Assembly: GCA_022813965.1 (NCBI GenBank)
Contig: JALDZS010000012.1
Span: forward strand, 124,001 to 188,000
Length of the DNA: 64,000 nt
Direction: 5' to 3'
Origin: Toensbergia leucococca
Lineage: Eukaryota
Shown here: positions 38,721 through 53,205 of the stretch, piece by piece
Layout: each line of letters starts with the position of its first letter
How positions within the stretch are numbered: the stretch's first letter is position 1
Made by a program: the position numbers and the translations under genes
Notes under the pieces: model-generated
What the model was told of the DNA's origin: nothing
Databases searched by the model: none
What the model saw: the letters and a program-made list of their open reading frames with translations, nothing else

Positions 38721-40418
38721 GTTGAAAACCATAAATATAAGAGTCTTTGAAAGGTTGCTTGACCCGAGAGATTCCGAGGAGGTCACAATGAGCGATACTG
38801 GGAGATACTATCAAGTCAGCAGCAAACTCGAGCTTGACATATGAGGTTGATTGAGAGAAGGTCTTGAAAAATGCATCAATGTCGATGAAGGAAGTGCACT
38901 CACGAAAGCTATGGAACCTATTGACTCAAGCTATTCTTGCCAGAATGGTTTGAGCTGCCAATGGAGACGATGTAGATGCAAAAGCAGCTAGACTTTGTAG
39001 CAATCCATTAGCATAGGACTGATGGAGAGTGTAGAAGGGCTCTAGGTTTACGAAAGCTAGATCTAGACTGCAAATGAAGGGCCGTAGTATTGTTACTATA
39101 CGCGCTCGAATATATACAGCATCGACCGAGGTTTCTGACCTACGAGAAGATTCTGCGTATTAGTGGCAGATAAGTTTAAGATGGTGATTCTGCTTCGAGG
39201 TTCAATCTGTCTGTTATCAAGTGAGAAAGGATTGTGACCAATTTGTCACTAGGGCTGATGCTGTGTCTCGTATTACCTTCGAGACTGATGTAGTAATGAC
39301 GAGGTGTTGAGATGGTAGATGTGAACAGTGGCATTATGATTGCAGAACAATCGGTCCGCGGCAGGTTCAATTCTCCTTGCCCTCCTATTAACAGCAGCTC
39401 CTATTGTTCGGATTCAACACGCTATTCTACCTCTGGATCGATGCTGAGAGCGCGGATCACCGCAAGCTCACTAACAATTATCCTTAACGGCAATAAATGT
39501 ACGTACCGTCTATTGCGGCGTCCTTGGTCCTGGAACGAAGATACACCTTCCACAGCACAAGAGTTTCAAGCTTCTATGGATGTTCGGTTGACGTGCGAGG
39601 CTGACGCTGAGGCGGCTGCTGGTAGAAATTGCCTTTTCGAGTCGACGACCCACGCCTAGGTGCGATGAAACGTAGAGGAGGAGGAAAGACGTTGGATAAT
39701 CATCATATTTGACTAGGATGATGTCGAGTGCCGCAAGTTCTAAGATCCCGAATGATCCTCGTAAATTTGCTGCAGCTACTCGTAGCACGGGATTCCAGGT
39801 GGTGGGCCGAAGGTATCGATAGTGGATCACGCTGTTGCTGAGTTCAACAATCTACCTCGAGAATGAGGAGGACTGCTGGAGCGATTGGAACACTGTGATA
39901 TGTTAATGTACTTGGCGTACCGAGTAGACTCGTGGCAGCAGAACTCACGTACCTGTTCATGCAATGCCCACAAGTTCAGGTACGAGAGGAACAGTTTCAG
40001 CACGCGAAAGGAAGGAGATTGTATGCAAGGGCAAAGCACCACTCGCACCCAAAAAAGAAATCCTCCTCTTACGCCAAGGCTTTACCCTAAAGCAGCAACT
40101 ACGCGGGAGGTATCAAAATGTCGTGCTAGTACAAGCCACACAGCTACGAATACAACACCAGATAATCAGATGTGTCACGGCCTAGCAAAGAAGACTAGGT
40201 AGGTAGATAGAGGCAGAGGTGCATCCGCACTTCTTTAGTTCTGGTACTCGTATTAAATTCATCTGCGATCTATCGGGTAAAAGTACTGTACTGTAGTACG
40301 TCTGCTGTTCTCTGACTTCAAAGCCTGCTTATTGCCTATGTACCTATCTTCTCAACATCTCACTCTGGTATGGACAAAAACTCTTTGGACTTGCACTTTC
40401 GCTGCTTTAGCCCCACCA

Positions 40419-42632
40419 TCAAACTGCTGCTGCTATTAGTTGGCCCCCATACATACTCGTCATACCTTGATCCATTTTTGACATCTCCAACTCTTCCAAT
40501 ACCTCCGACACCGTTTCCGGTACCTCATCACTAGGGACGTCTATGGCACTCGCGACTAGTCTCGTGTATGCCTCTCCCTTCTCACTCATACCTGCTGATG
40601 CTTGTGCCTGAACCACTGTCGATATCAGATCCATCCGATCGCCTTGCAGCGTCTCCAATGTTAGACTCCCGTTCATCCTCTGCTTGAATTCCTCGTCACT
40701 TGAAGAGGCTCCATTGACTTTTCGATGATTGGCTGAATTAGACATGGTTTGCTCTTCAGCCCTTGTGATACCGTGCAAGGATTTATGCTGTTCTTGCTCG
40801 AGCGAGCTCTCGTTTCCTGTCGCGCGGGCCGAGGTTTCAACGCCAAATAGACTCATTTGGCCTTCATCGTCGTTTCTACCTTCCCTGCTGATGACCTCGT
40901 ACGTAGTCTGCCGAGCCTGATGTCGCTCAGTTGAGACGTTCTGCAATAGACGACGTCTTTCTCCTAGGTCCGTTTCACTCTCTTGGACTTCGTTCTCTAA
41001 TTCTTGAGTAAGCTGCATGCTCATATTCGTAACCAAAGGCGGGAAAGAATGATTGAATGAATTGGCAGATTGGGCCCGATAGGATGAACCGTTCGAGATC
41101 ATACTATCATGGGGTCCTCTCGTTGAATCAAGACCATTAGGATTTGAGAGACTCGGTTGCATTGGAGACGATGAAGTCACAGGATATCGATCCCGGGAAT
41201 GGATGCCTAGTTCTTGGAGCAACTGGTCTGCTGTCACATTGCTGGAGTTTGGAATGTCGCCTGCTACACCTGCGCCTTGGAAAGCAAGAATACATTTCTT
41301 TGCTTTGTAACGAGCGGCAATGTGAAGAGCAGTATCGCCGTTGTGATCTTGTCTGTTAAGAACGTGATGAAATTCTTGCTGGGTGTAGGCCTCGGCAAGT
41401 TTGTTGAGAAGAATACGAAGGTAGTGATGAGCACATTTTTTCTTACTATGGCTATCTGTAGTATAGCAGACATGGTGAAATACGGTACCCCCGGTATTGT
41501 CTGAAGTCGTCAGAGTCGTTTGCAAGAGGTGCAAGATCGCCTCCAAGGCCTTTTTTTGATAATTGTTGGTAAAGAGTATAGCTCTGATCAAAGGTGTTTC
41601 TCCACGTATATTCCGGGCTTTAGGATTAGCTCCACGATTAAGATAGTCTTTGACAATATTCAGATCACCCATGGCAGCTGACCAATGTAGGCCTGTGTGA
41701 TTCTGGTTATCAATAATTCGATTAACCTGGAAACGCTCTGGAGGCGTTGGTATACTTGGGATCACCACCTTGTCCTCCGCAGACTGTAGCATGAAGTAAT
41801 CAAGAAGTTCATTGGTGTAGTACTGATGCCGCTCTTCATCTTCCGCATCTTGTGCATCTTGTGCTGGCTCAGGACAGCGTTTCCGCTTGCGTCCCGTTCC
41901 GGAGTTTTGCGACCTCTGCATCATATCATCTTCGTCCACCATAGACTCTGAATACAGGGTTGAGTTTTCCAAGGACTCGTCGTCGTTGAGCTGTGCGCTA
42001 ATATTATCGTATTGTTCTTCGCTCATTTGGCTCGGAGCAGGCGCAGGTTTGGTTTCTGTCTATCAGCAAGATCCTCGGAGGCTCATGATAGAACGGAACT
42101 TACTCGAAACTCTCTTCACAGGAGCTGCCTTCGGGTTTTTGGGTTTGTTCGAAGCTGCCGTGGTGTGTTTCGGTGCGGGTGGCGGACTCTTGTCCCCGGG
42201 TACAAATTCGAAGATTGCTTTCAACTGTTCATAGACCTGATATTTCTCCGCGAAAAAGCGTCCTTCAGGCAAAGGAATCCAAGTCCCTTGTAAATGGTGG
42301 TAAGCATACTGGCTTATGCATGACTTGGGTTTCAGGCTAACCCTGATATTTTCCGTAACCTCCTTGTACCTTCTCATGTACACCTTTTTGGACCTCCCTC
42401 TCTAGTACCCTAGTCCGTGTAGGTTTGTCAAGATTAGCGACCTTCAGGATATGTGTAGCATTGATCCAATTGTCTGCCCGGCGACGCATGACGTGGTTAT
42501 CACCGACAACGCATTCGTAGATGGGTGTCTAGATCGAGAAGATTAATTTCAAATGCCAGAATGGAAGTGTGATACACTTACATTACTATAGGTCGCAGAG
42601 TAAACTTTACCCGGAACGGCGACCGACGCCAT
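40419..42632 (-). CDS. MBP1: MBF/SBF cell-cycle transcription factor (APSES/KilA-N domain plus ankyrin repeats), Mbp1/Res-like; four exons
   Basis: [14 protein letters not shown]...[19 protein letters not shown]...[31 protein letters not shown]; ankyrins [33 protein letters not shown]. Confidence 0.9.
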
Positions 42633-43002
42633 TGCGTTTGGGATATTCTTTGAAGCAGGCTTTCAAACGCTGCAGGTCAGTAAATATCTACTGCTATCTG
42701 ACTAAGATATTCGGGACGCAACATAAGCTTGCAGAAGACCCAGATGCTAGTGGCGATGGGAATGTAGGACGGTGCGTTGATGAGGAGAAGAAGACAACTT
42801 GGGGGACGTGTTGCGTCGCGTTTATTAAGTGCGGGGACCGAGCTTAACCGGATTGCTACGAGTAGGATAACCGAAGACACTTGCCCCAGTCGAGACTGCT
42901 TGGCCCGCCCAATCACTGTCGAAGCCAAACGTTTGCTCCCAATCCATCTTGGGAGCTGAATACACGAAGCAAGCGGCGTCAGGGATACCCAACGCAGCTG
43001 CC

Positions 43003-43455
43003 ATGACAGTAGCTGGGACCATCCAGAATGCCGCAGGCCTGGGGGATACGAGTGCAACCCGTGAGTTACTGCTCCTCGAAATAAGCCACGAGCTCGAACA
43101 CCAACCAGTCCCAAATGATGTCTACTTCGGCGCTTGAGCTCATAAACCTTCGTGCAAACGCAGAAGCCTCTCGAGAAGAAATGTCACATGCCCGCCTTCC
43201 ACTTGCCTACCGAGATAGCTGCGCCCACCTCCTTATCCCGCTGAATCGCTGTCGATACGAAGAGTACTACTTACCCTGGAAATGCGAGGTATACACTCCC
43301 ACAGTAAAGCTTTTGCCAGGAACCTAAAGCTAAACTTTTGTGCTGTCCAGACGGAGAGGCATAGCTACGAAAAGTGCCAGTATCAGGAGTTTAAGAAGCG
43401 AGTTGCAAAGATGGATGAGCTGAGAGAGTCAAAAGGGGGCGCGAGGAGCAATTAA
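43003..43455 (+). CDS. NDUFB7: Complex I accessory subunit NDUFB7/B18 (NB8M); three exons
   Basis: ASREEMSHARLPLAYRDSCAHLLIPLNRCRYEEYYLPWKCE-TERHSYEKCQYQEFKKRVAKMDE (twin CX9C). Confidence 0.93.
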
Positions 43456-43944
43456 TAGCCTGTCGCCCCGCAATGCCGTACATACAAATCAAGCCAAGAC
43501 ATCTTGGATGGTAGCTTCATAGCGCAATGCGGGGTTTTTGATATTAAGACTACCAATGTACACCCTAGGGTTAATTAGAGAACATTTATTGTGCTTCGCC
43601 GTGTCCCCAAATAGAAAGGAGCTCCCGTTCGAGCTTGATTTTCCTTGAGCTTTATGACTGTGCACAGCGATTTTATGAATGCTTCAAGGCGTGAGCCCTT
43701 GATTACCCCTCTCTGCAACTACACAACCCTCGAACTCAGCTCTTCTGTTCTCTCAGAAGGAGTGATGGGACGTAATTTCGGAAAACGAGAGGTTCCCATC
43801 TCTTCTCATTCCCAAATTTCACCACGTGGCTCAACCTCGTCCATTCGAGGATCTGGCTAGATTGATATTTAAAACACTTCCTGGGTATCGCATTGAACCG
43901 CTTTTTTTTTGGATGCACCGGGACAAATGAAGTGACGACTCGAT

Positions 43945-44954
43945 TCAAGGTTCCCCGGATCCGTTTATTACGTCTTTCAAGATCTCGTAGCCATACTCGT
44001 CTTCGATTTTCTCAGGCTCCATCCCCAATGCGTTACGGTAGGAACGAACTTCATTCTGTAATCCCGAAACGATACGGACAGGTAAGTCTTCCTCCTCACA
44101 ACGGAGACGGTATGCTTCTCGTAACATCTCAACAGATCGCATGAATTTAGCATGCCAATCGTCCTTTTCTAAGCGCGCTGCAAGATGAGCATCCTTCTCA
44201 TCTTGCAGAAGCTTATTGTAATGTAATGCAATTGCGTTCTTGTCAGTCTTCGCATTGTAGGAATAATTGCGGACCATCTCAACAATGTTGCCAACTGCGG
44301 TTTCATACTCGCCGATAAGCTTGGTGTTTTCTTTTTGCTCACGAATCAAGGTCCGTACTTTGTTCTGCTCGAGAGAGAGCTGACGCTCGAGATTGGTGAT
44401 GCGTGCGGCTAGCAATTCGAGTTATTTTCAAAAGTCTCTAAATTTGAAAGCTTAGATTATGTATCTTACAAGTAATCTCTGCGTTAGCATCCTCAAGGGA
44501 TGGACTAGTTCCATTGGCAGCGGCACGAGCCTAGACATAATGTTAGTGGTTTATTTCTAGGCGGGCGCGTTGAGATGATTATCGCGAGAATACATTTCTG
44601 ATGTATTTCAAACAAATGTTTGGGAAATACCAAAGCACTCACAGCAAGCTCCTCAGCGCCAGCTACAAGCCCCTGCGTCTTTTCCCGATTTTCCCTCAGC
44701 ACCTCACTCAGCTCAAGAACCTTCTGATACAGCATGTTAACATCCATCTGTTGGCCCGCATTCATTGGCATGCCCATGTTAAGCCCATTCATTCCACCTC
44801 CATTCGAGCTGTTAATCTGGTGCCCCTGCTGTTGTTGCACAACGGGGGATGGAGCCAAACGCGGTACGCCACCAGGAAGGTTGTTATTTTGTCCTGCAGC
44901 ATTGTCGAGAAACGAGGAATACATGTTGTTGCTGTTGGGATTGTTTAGAGACAT
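43945..44954 (-). CDS. Coiled-coil protein, possibly a STRIPAK SIKE/Far3/Far7-like subunit (SCI1/SipB type); three exons, start may lie further upstream
   Basis: N/Q/G-rich N-terminus; MDVNMLYQKVLELSEVLRENREKTQGLVAGAEELA resembles the Far3-type LS..NR..T helix; long heptad coiled coil in the last exon. The gene is well supported, the family call is tentative. Confidence 0.55.
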
Positions 44955-45461
44955 CTTAGTATTCCCGTGAACGTCGAGGCCGAGAGCCAAATTGATGACA
45001 GAGAGATCGTGAGAAGAAGTGGTCATTGTGCGACTTCGACCAGGCGGGATGTGGCTGCCAGCAGGGACTGTGACTGGCTGATCTCTCAAGAGTGCATCAA
45101 GGATCGACGGCCAGACATTGCTACTCGGCGATTCGGGATAAATATGTTCCATATTTATCACGCTCGAGTCGCGCTTTTCGCTGGGCATGAGTGGGGGTAA
45201 TGGCACTGAGTTTGGAAGCACTTTTCCTAACTTTTGTTCGTTCCAGTGATGTATTTGAAGAGGCACAGGTAAAGTTGAGATATCTGTTGAAATATCTGCG
45301 TGAAGGAAATCTCTTGACGCCTTCACTCAACCGTCAAATAGGCTAGCAAGACAACACAATGGCAAAAAGGATGTGATACGAGGGGGGTATCTAGAATAAA
45401 ACAGAAGCCAGATTCAACACCGTAGTCGTACCCTGTACGGTTGCCAAACCCTCGGCTTACT

Positions 45462-46413
45462 TTATTGAGCTGGCGATGGTGTTGGATGCTTGTCATTCAT
45501 CATCAAAGCCAGCTTTTGCACTACGTCTTGAGTTTCCATTTGTTCACTAGGCTCCAATGTATGGTTCCCCGGAGCCTCTTTGATCTTCTCCCCCATTCTT
45601 GCGACAAGAACCTTCAGCCTCTCTAATTCTTTGGTCAGTTCTCCGTCCTTAGTCACTAAATTCGGCTGGATGTTCGACTGCGGGTTTTCAAATGGTCTTA
45701 TTATTTCCTGGAGAAACTTGGATTGCGCAAGCTTATGCCGCTGGGTCTCTCTCTGTTCGTCCAACAAGACTAGATGTGCTTGTAGCTGCCTATATCTACA
45801 CCGAACAATCAGTCCCTTTTTAATGCTACTAATACCTTAGCTATGAGCTTCCCTTCTTGATTCAGCAAATCTTTCCAACTCGCTTTCATCAGCATGACCG
45901 TCCTCCTGCCATTTGTCTGGAAGATTGACAATATTGCTGCAACGTCTATCAGACATCTAGATCTCCCCAGAAGCCAATGGAAGAAAGTCCTCACTCATGA
46001 TCCCTTAGGTCAATCCCTCTCTTGGGAAGTCCGTCTCCGCCCTCGTCATCATATAGTCCTGGGTCCGCAGATGTCCAGTAGAGCCTGTCGATCTGCTCTG
46101 CTACATGGCAGAGAGCTTGCGAGGAGTATACAGTGCGATTGTGATGGCGGACGATAATATTTACTATTTAGATAGCTCGAGGTTAGACGCCGATATCTAT
46201 GGAGTTCGAATGAAGAACGTATGAAGGTGTTCATCGCCTCAACGTACATTTGCGCAGAACCTCGTGAATGACACTGTCCTTGAGGGCGCCGTCATCACGA
46301 AATGCTGGATTATTTTGCCAGTGAGAGGAAGCTCCTAATGGCGCGTTGAAGATACGAATTTGATGGTGGAGAAAGGCTTTTTTGAGGTCAATTACCGTGT
46401 TTATCGTTGCCAT
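45462..46413 (-). CDS. FTA4: Kinetochore Sim4-complex subunit Fta4/Nkp1-like; multi-exon
   Basis: TVIDLKKAFLHHQIRIFNAPL N-terminus; PFENPQSNIQPNLVTKDGELTKELERLKVLVARM C-terminus. Confidence 0.75.
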
Positions 46414-47285
46414 GTTGTGACGGATTTGCCTGAGCAGCCCCGCAGCGGCAAAAAAGCTAGCTGAGCCCGCTCAGCGTCAACACCAGTCCATCTTTCCAAC
46501 TTTCCATTTCCAGTTTCCAAAACTACGATGAAGGTCTCGCCGACGTAATGAAGGTCCTACGAGATTGTTCTTCGTTCAATCAGTCCATACAATTCGCAAT
46601 ACGGATAGACCTTCTGATAATGTGGCGCCGCGTAGCGAATAATGCAGCAGCAACTAATGCAGCACTTTGTCTGATTTGAAGCTGGAGGCATGGAGGGCAT
46701 TACCATCATGCCATGCGGTCGAACACGACAATCATCGATAAAGTTATTACGAGTATCCATGCAGGCGTATGCGCCTCATCGGCAAAGATGAAGCCACCTC
46801 CAGATTCTGATTAGTATTCACTTGCCCAGGCCGTGTACGAGGGTTACTTCTCGTGAATTGAGAGATCCTAATTATCAATCACCAACGGCCATGCATAAGC
46901 CCGGGTATGAGTAAACAGCAATCTGATGCATAACTTGGAGAACACCACCATGATGCCAAATGAGCACTCGCCACATGGCGGTCTACTGCGAAGGGAATGA
47001 TTTCTGACTGGCTTATGCGAGAAATAGTGATCAGCTTACGGAGTATGCAATCTTCTCATCAACACAAGCAGGTATCTATGATTTTACACAATAGAGGCCG
47101 CACGAGAGCTTGACTCTTCTCCATATAACACCATGCTTCTTCCCCTCCAAACATTATCTTCGTCTACAATATCAGTTCGAGCATCATTCAGATCAAAAAG
47201 TATACCCCGACATTCTAGCAGCTCATATCAAAGCTTTCATTCAATCTAACCATCATCATTACTTTCGCTCAACGCCGTACTCAAC

Positions 47286-48314
47286 ATGACTGGAGAACTC
47301 GTCCTCCTCACCGGTGGATCCGGACACCTTGGATTTCGTGCTCTGGTATATGCCCTTGAGGCTGGCTACCATGTCCGCGCCGCCGTCCGCAGTCAATCGA
47401 AAGCACAAGCCATTCTCAATGCTCCTTCAATCAAAGCACTTGGCCCAGGCAAAAAGCTTGAATTTGTGGTTGTTCCAGACATCCTTGCCAACGGCGCTTA
47501 TGGCGAGGCTCTAAAGGATGTTAAGAAAGTCGTCCACATTGCGTCGCCCATAGCCTTCCCAACGGACGACTATGACCGCGATTTGATTCAACCTGCCATC
47601 CAAGGAACCATGGGTATTCTCAAGTCTGCCATTAAAGTTCCCAGCGTAGAGCGTATCGTTATCACATCTTCCGGAGTTGCTATAATGACATGGGAAGATT
47701 TCTTTGCAAACGAGACTGACCGCATCTTCGACGATTCTGATACTGTTCCCGACCCCGCGGGTCCCTACGGTCATCACTTTCAAGCCTACTGCGCCAGCAA
47801 GACGCTTGCATTGAATGCGACGACTCGATTTGTCGAAACAGAGAAACCGGCCTTTGACGTAATTAACATCCTGCCAGGTTTCATTATCGGAAAGAATGAG
47901 CTTGTCACCGACGCCAAAGATATCCTCAATGGGACGAACGGTGCTGCTTTCGCGCAAATCCTAGGACACAAGGCGGAAGGTCCGACCCCATACGTCACTG
48001 TTCACGTTGATGATGTGGCAAAAGTACACATCCTCGCCTTGGACCCGAAAATCCAGGGAAATCAGAATTTTGCAGCGGTATATGGTCATCCTGACGACGC
48101 GGCGTGGGGCGACGCAGTTGATATTGTGAAGAAGAATTACCCCGGACTGGTCGAGGATGGCACTTTACCAGCCGATCAAATTGCACCATCAAAGAGAGTG
48201 AGGTTTGTCGGAAATAGAACAGAGAAAGTGATGGGAATCAAATTCCAGGATTATGAGGCACAGGTGAAGAGTGTAACGGAGCACTATCTCGAGCTCATTG
48301 GAAAGGCGGCCTGA
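47286..48314 (+). CDS. Extended SDR, NADPH-dependent aldehyde/carbonyl reductase (Gre2/Ari1-like); intronless
   Basis: VLLTGGSGHLG, HIASP, PAIQGT, VITSS, catalytic YCASK, VHVDDVAKVH. Confidence 0.92.
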   Translation: MTGELVLLTGGSGHLGFRALVYALEAGYHVRAAVRSQSKAQAILNAPSIKALGPGKKLEFVVVPDILANGAYGEALKDVKKVVHIASPIAFPTDDYDRDLIQPAIQGTMGILKSAIKVPSVERIVITSSGVAIMTWEDFFANETDRIFDDSDTVPDPAGPYGHHFQAYCASKTLALNATTRFVETEKPAFDVINILPGFIIGKNELVTDAKDILNGTNGAAFAQILGHKAEGPTPYVTVHVDDVAKVHILALDPKIQGNQNFAAVYGHPDDAAWGDAVDIVKKNYPGLVEDGTLPADQIAPSKRVRFVGNRTEKVMGIKFQDYEAQVKSVTEHYLELIGKAA

Positions 48315-49024
48315 GATCTGTAGATGAAGAGATCGAACTTTGATATGGGAAAAACAGGATGGTAATTCTTCAACTTGATTACCAGGCTATGACTCGACAA
48401 TGCAGATATATTTTGACGCATGTAATAATAATAATCAGATATTGAAATCTTACTCCATGTTGTTGAAAATACAAATAGTAGTCCACCTAGACCTTCATAT
48501 TGATCAGGGCAGTCTTCGTCATTTCTTCCCCACCTACTTCAGTCACGATCAAACTCGAGAAAAGCTCGACCCGTATGTTATGTCCATAATATCGATGATT
48601 GGAGGCAATGACACGGTGAGGCCCCTCGGACAAAGAAGCCTGCCAAGCTGAACTTTGGAAGAGACACTATTGAAGCGGTTTCTGTATTAGTGATACATAG
48701 TCAACAATCATTTCCAGGATTGTAGGCTGGTCCTGCGAATGAAGCCCAGGAATTGGGTGGAGGGTATCTTCAAAAGATGAAGAGCGACTCGAGGGACTGA
48801 TCCTGGTGACAAGGGCGTAAGAAAATTAGACGGAGGAAATTACTCTTTATGGCTGTCGGTTCTGGGGAAAGTGTTCGGCCGAAGTTTCCCCACCACCACC
48901 CCTCTTCGTCTTCAAAACCACAAAGTCAACATCACTCTTTCCTACCTTTTGTAATAGTATTCTGCCATATCCATTGAAATCCATTCAGGCCAATCTAATC
49001 GTTTCTCATTCAAAAGCCATCGTC

Positions 49025-50486
<1,462 letters not shown>

Positions 50487-50834
50487 TAAGCTCGGATCTA
50501 AATGTTGTACAGATTCCTACTCGTGAATCTTGCAATTCTGAGCTTCGTCTCTTGAACTCTCTTGCGTTCGCTGCTGTACTGTGAAAAATGTGCCGATGAT
50601 CAAGCATTTTTGCCTTCCAATAATGACTTCCAAGTTCAACGCACTGACTCTTCGCCCCGTTGGTCAGTAGCGGAAAGAAGGGGTCTCCTACTGCTCGGTT
50701 CCACAAATCGATCCTTTGATCGTGAAGGAAAAAGGTCCGCTGGGACAAAAGAGTAAGGAGAGTTGACATGGAAGGCAATTAAGCGCCGAACTGGTTTCAC
50801 CGCGTACCGGTAGCTTTCTTCTGGTCTGATAACT

Positions 50835-51772
50835 TCAATCGAACTCTATTCTCTTCCCTTGAAGTAGGTACTTGCCCCCAAGCTTACCTACTACATAACC
50901 CAAATACGCACCTGTTACTATCGTCACTGGCCATTTCTGCCATTCACGATCCCTAGCATAATCCTCAACAATTAGCTTCAAATCCTCATAACATGGAAGT
51001 CATGATAGCCACGCCTATCTGGCATTGTCGGTAGCAAAGGCAGCAAAGGCAGCGTTATGTAGTGGCTCACCCACCAATCCAAAGGTATAGGCACAGCCCC
51101 CAACCAAGCTCCGACAACTGTCCCGATTGTGCCTCCCCACACTTCATCGAACGGTAAAGACACACTTGCTATTTCCCTCCACATTTTGGAGTCTACGCCA
51201 TGGACGTAAACGAGAGGAAACACAGCAAGGAGAGCCATATGTGTAGCACAGAGAATATTGTGAGGAAAATGCGTCGTCAGTGGAGCGCCGAAGAGGATGA
51301 GAAGAACGGTGAGAAAAGGGGTCGCAAGAAGAAAGGTGAGTGCGAGGGAGAGAAACGTCGGCTGCAAAGATCTTAGTACTTGCATAATGTGGAAACATTA
51401 GTGTGACCTTACCGCAAACTTGGTGCTGAGACCTGTATTTGGCTTCGCTGTTACGGGTCGTTTACGTTGTCCAGGCTTGGGGGGTTTAGAGAGGGCGGAG
51501 GACACGATTGAGCTACCAGATGCAGGGAGACAAAGTATGACATAGCTCGCTTGAAAACAAGAGAGGGGCAGTAGTGCTGATAGAAGCGCCGCGATTGGGG
51601 CAGCAACGAGGGTAGGGAAAGCGAAGTTGTAGAGCGCTAGAAGCAGGACGGGGTGGAGGTGGGTGTAGAGGCGAGCAGCAGAGGTGGGGAGGAGGAGAAT
51701 AGGCTGGGAGACCGGAGTGAATTTCCGAGAGGGTACCTCTGGTAATGTCATTGTTGTAGCGGCCTCATTCAT
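50835..51772 (-). CDS. GPI11: GPI ethanolamine-phosphate transferase subunit Gpi11/PIG-F; three exons
   Basis: [11 protein letters not shown]...[41 protein letters not shown]. Confidence 0.92.
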
Positions 51773-52681
51773 TGTTAATTGATAAAGGATAATTGATTTC
51801 CATGACGTTTAAATGGAGTTGGTTGGAAGGTTGTTGCTTGTTACGGGCCTAGCCGGATGTGGGGCGCGACATGCAGGTTGATGATTTGGGATCTCAAAGA
51901 TCCAACTTCCATTTGATCTAGGATATTCTAAAAAATGTCGATCCATCACAGAATTTGTCTAATCAAGACTTGTTGCTCGACGCCTCCCAATGAGATCTGG
52001 GCATCTAGACCGAGTCTTGGGCTTGGGAAAGCGCGATATCATCATGGTCATGAGCAGTAGATTCCATGATTTATCTACCTACCTACCTAGTATATGCAAG
52101 AAAGCTCACAAAGCACCCAGCAGCAGCTGCATGATCCAGGTGAACCTGACGCGCAAGACATTGGTGATATTTACTCCGTAATTTGCTTGATCCTCGGCGC
52201 AGCCACCATCCACCATCCACCATCCACAGATCTACCGTATTCTAGTTCCATGACCTTCCACATCATTTGTAGGTCGGTCCCGACAAGCCCTTGCATTCCC
52301 ATGTTGGCTGGAACTGCGCATGCGACCAACTAGAGTCACACACTGGGGTCTCAAAAGGTTACGAGTACGACATGTACTACTCCTCTCCCTTCGTTAGTTT
52401 TCCCTTTTGCAACCAAATAATTCACTCGCTGTTCAACACCTTTTTGTATCCCGGTCTTTGTTGAGGGATAAGGAATTAGTCAGTCAAGACAAAGTCACCA
52501 TCACACGTCAACATCCTCCTTCACTAGGTAATTTCCACAACCGCCTGACATCATCTTCAACTTTCGACCCTCGCTATATATTTGTCATTCTCCCTTTGCA
52601 AATCTCCATATTCCTCCACAGAACACCACCATGCATTTCTCACGTTCCTCATCCAACGCTTCGATACATTCATTGGCAGAC

Positions 52682-53205
52682 ATGGAAGAAAACCAGCAGA
52701 TATTTGTAAAACTCCTATCTGGCGAAAGTAATACTATCCTGCCTACCATCATCCAACACGGCATGCTAACACATCTGCAGCCATCTCTCTAATCATTCCC
52801 TTGTCAACTTCTATCGCAACTCTTCGACAACTTCTCTCGCTTCGCACTTCTCTGCCTCCATCCGATCTGCGTCTTGTCCACGGCGGAAAACACCTAACCA
52901 CTTCACCAACCTCATTATCAACACTCTCTTCTCTCAATATACCTGCATTCTCAACCATCCACCTAACCCTACCCATCCGTGGCGGCATGCCTCCTAAAAA
53001 AATCCGTTGTACACACAAAGACTGCAAAGAGGCCGCTCAACGAATAATTGGGGACTGCAGCTTCTGCTCTGGCCACTTCTGCGGGAAACACCGCATGTTG
53101 GAAGACCATAAGTGCAGCGGACTGGAGGATTGCAAAAAGGAGAGCCATGAGCGGAATGCGGAGAAGCTCAATTCAGAGAGAACCTTGGTCGTGAAAGGGA
53201 TTTAG
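52682..53205 (+). CDS. Ubiquitin-like domain plus AN1-type zinc finger fusion protein, 156 aa; intron 52728-52780
   Basis: Spliced: MEENQQIFVKLLSGE-TISLIIP...DLRLVHGGKHL...STIHLTLPIRGG, then MPPKKIRCTHKDC...DCSFCSGHFCGKHRMLEDHKC. Confidence 0.9.

Noticed and set aside
39715..39842. Possible box C/D snoRNA (ATGATGT ... CTGA)
   Set aside because: Imperfect C box, no terminal stem, and no rRNA or snRNA complementarity that I could recognise.
4786..44954. A mating/fusion gene cluster made of STE2, G-alpha and the putative STRIPAK subunit
   Set aside because: The genes are spread over 40 kb among unrelated housekeeping genes; chance co-location is sufficient.
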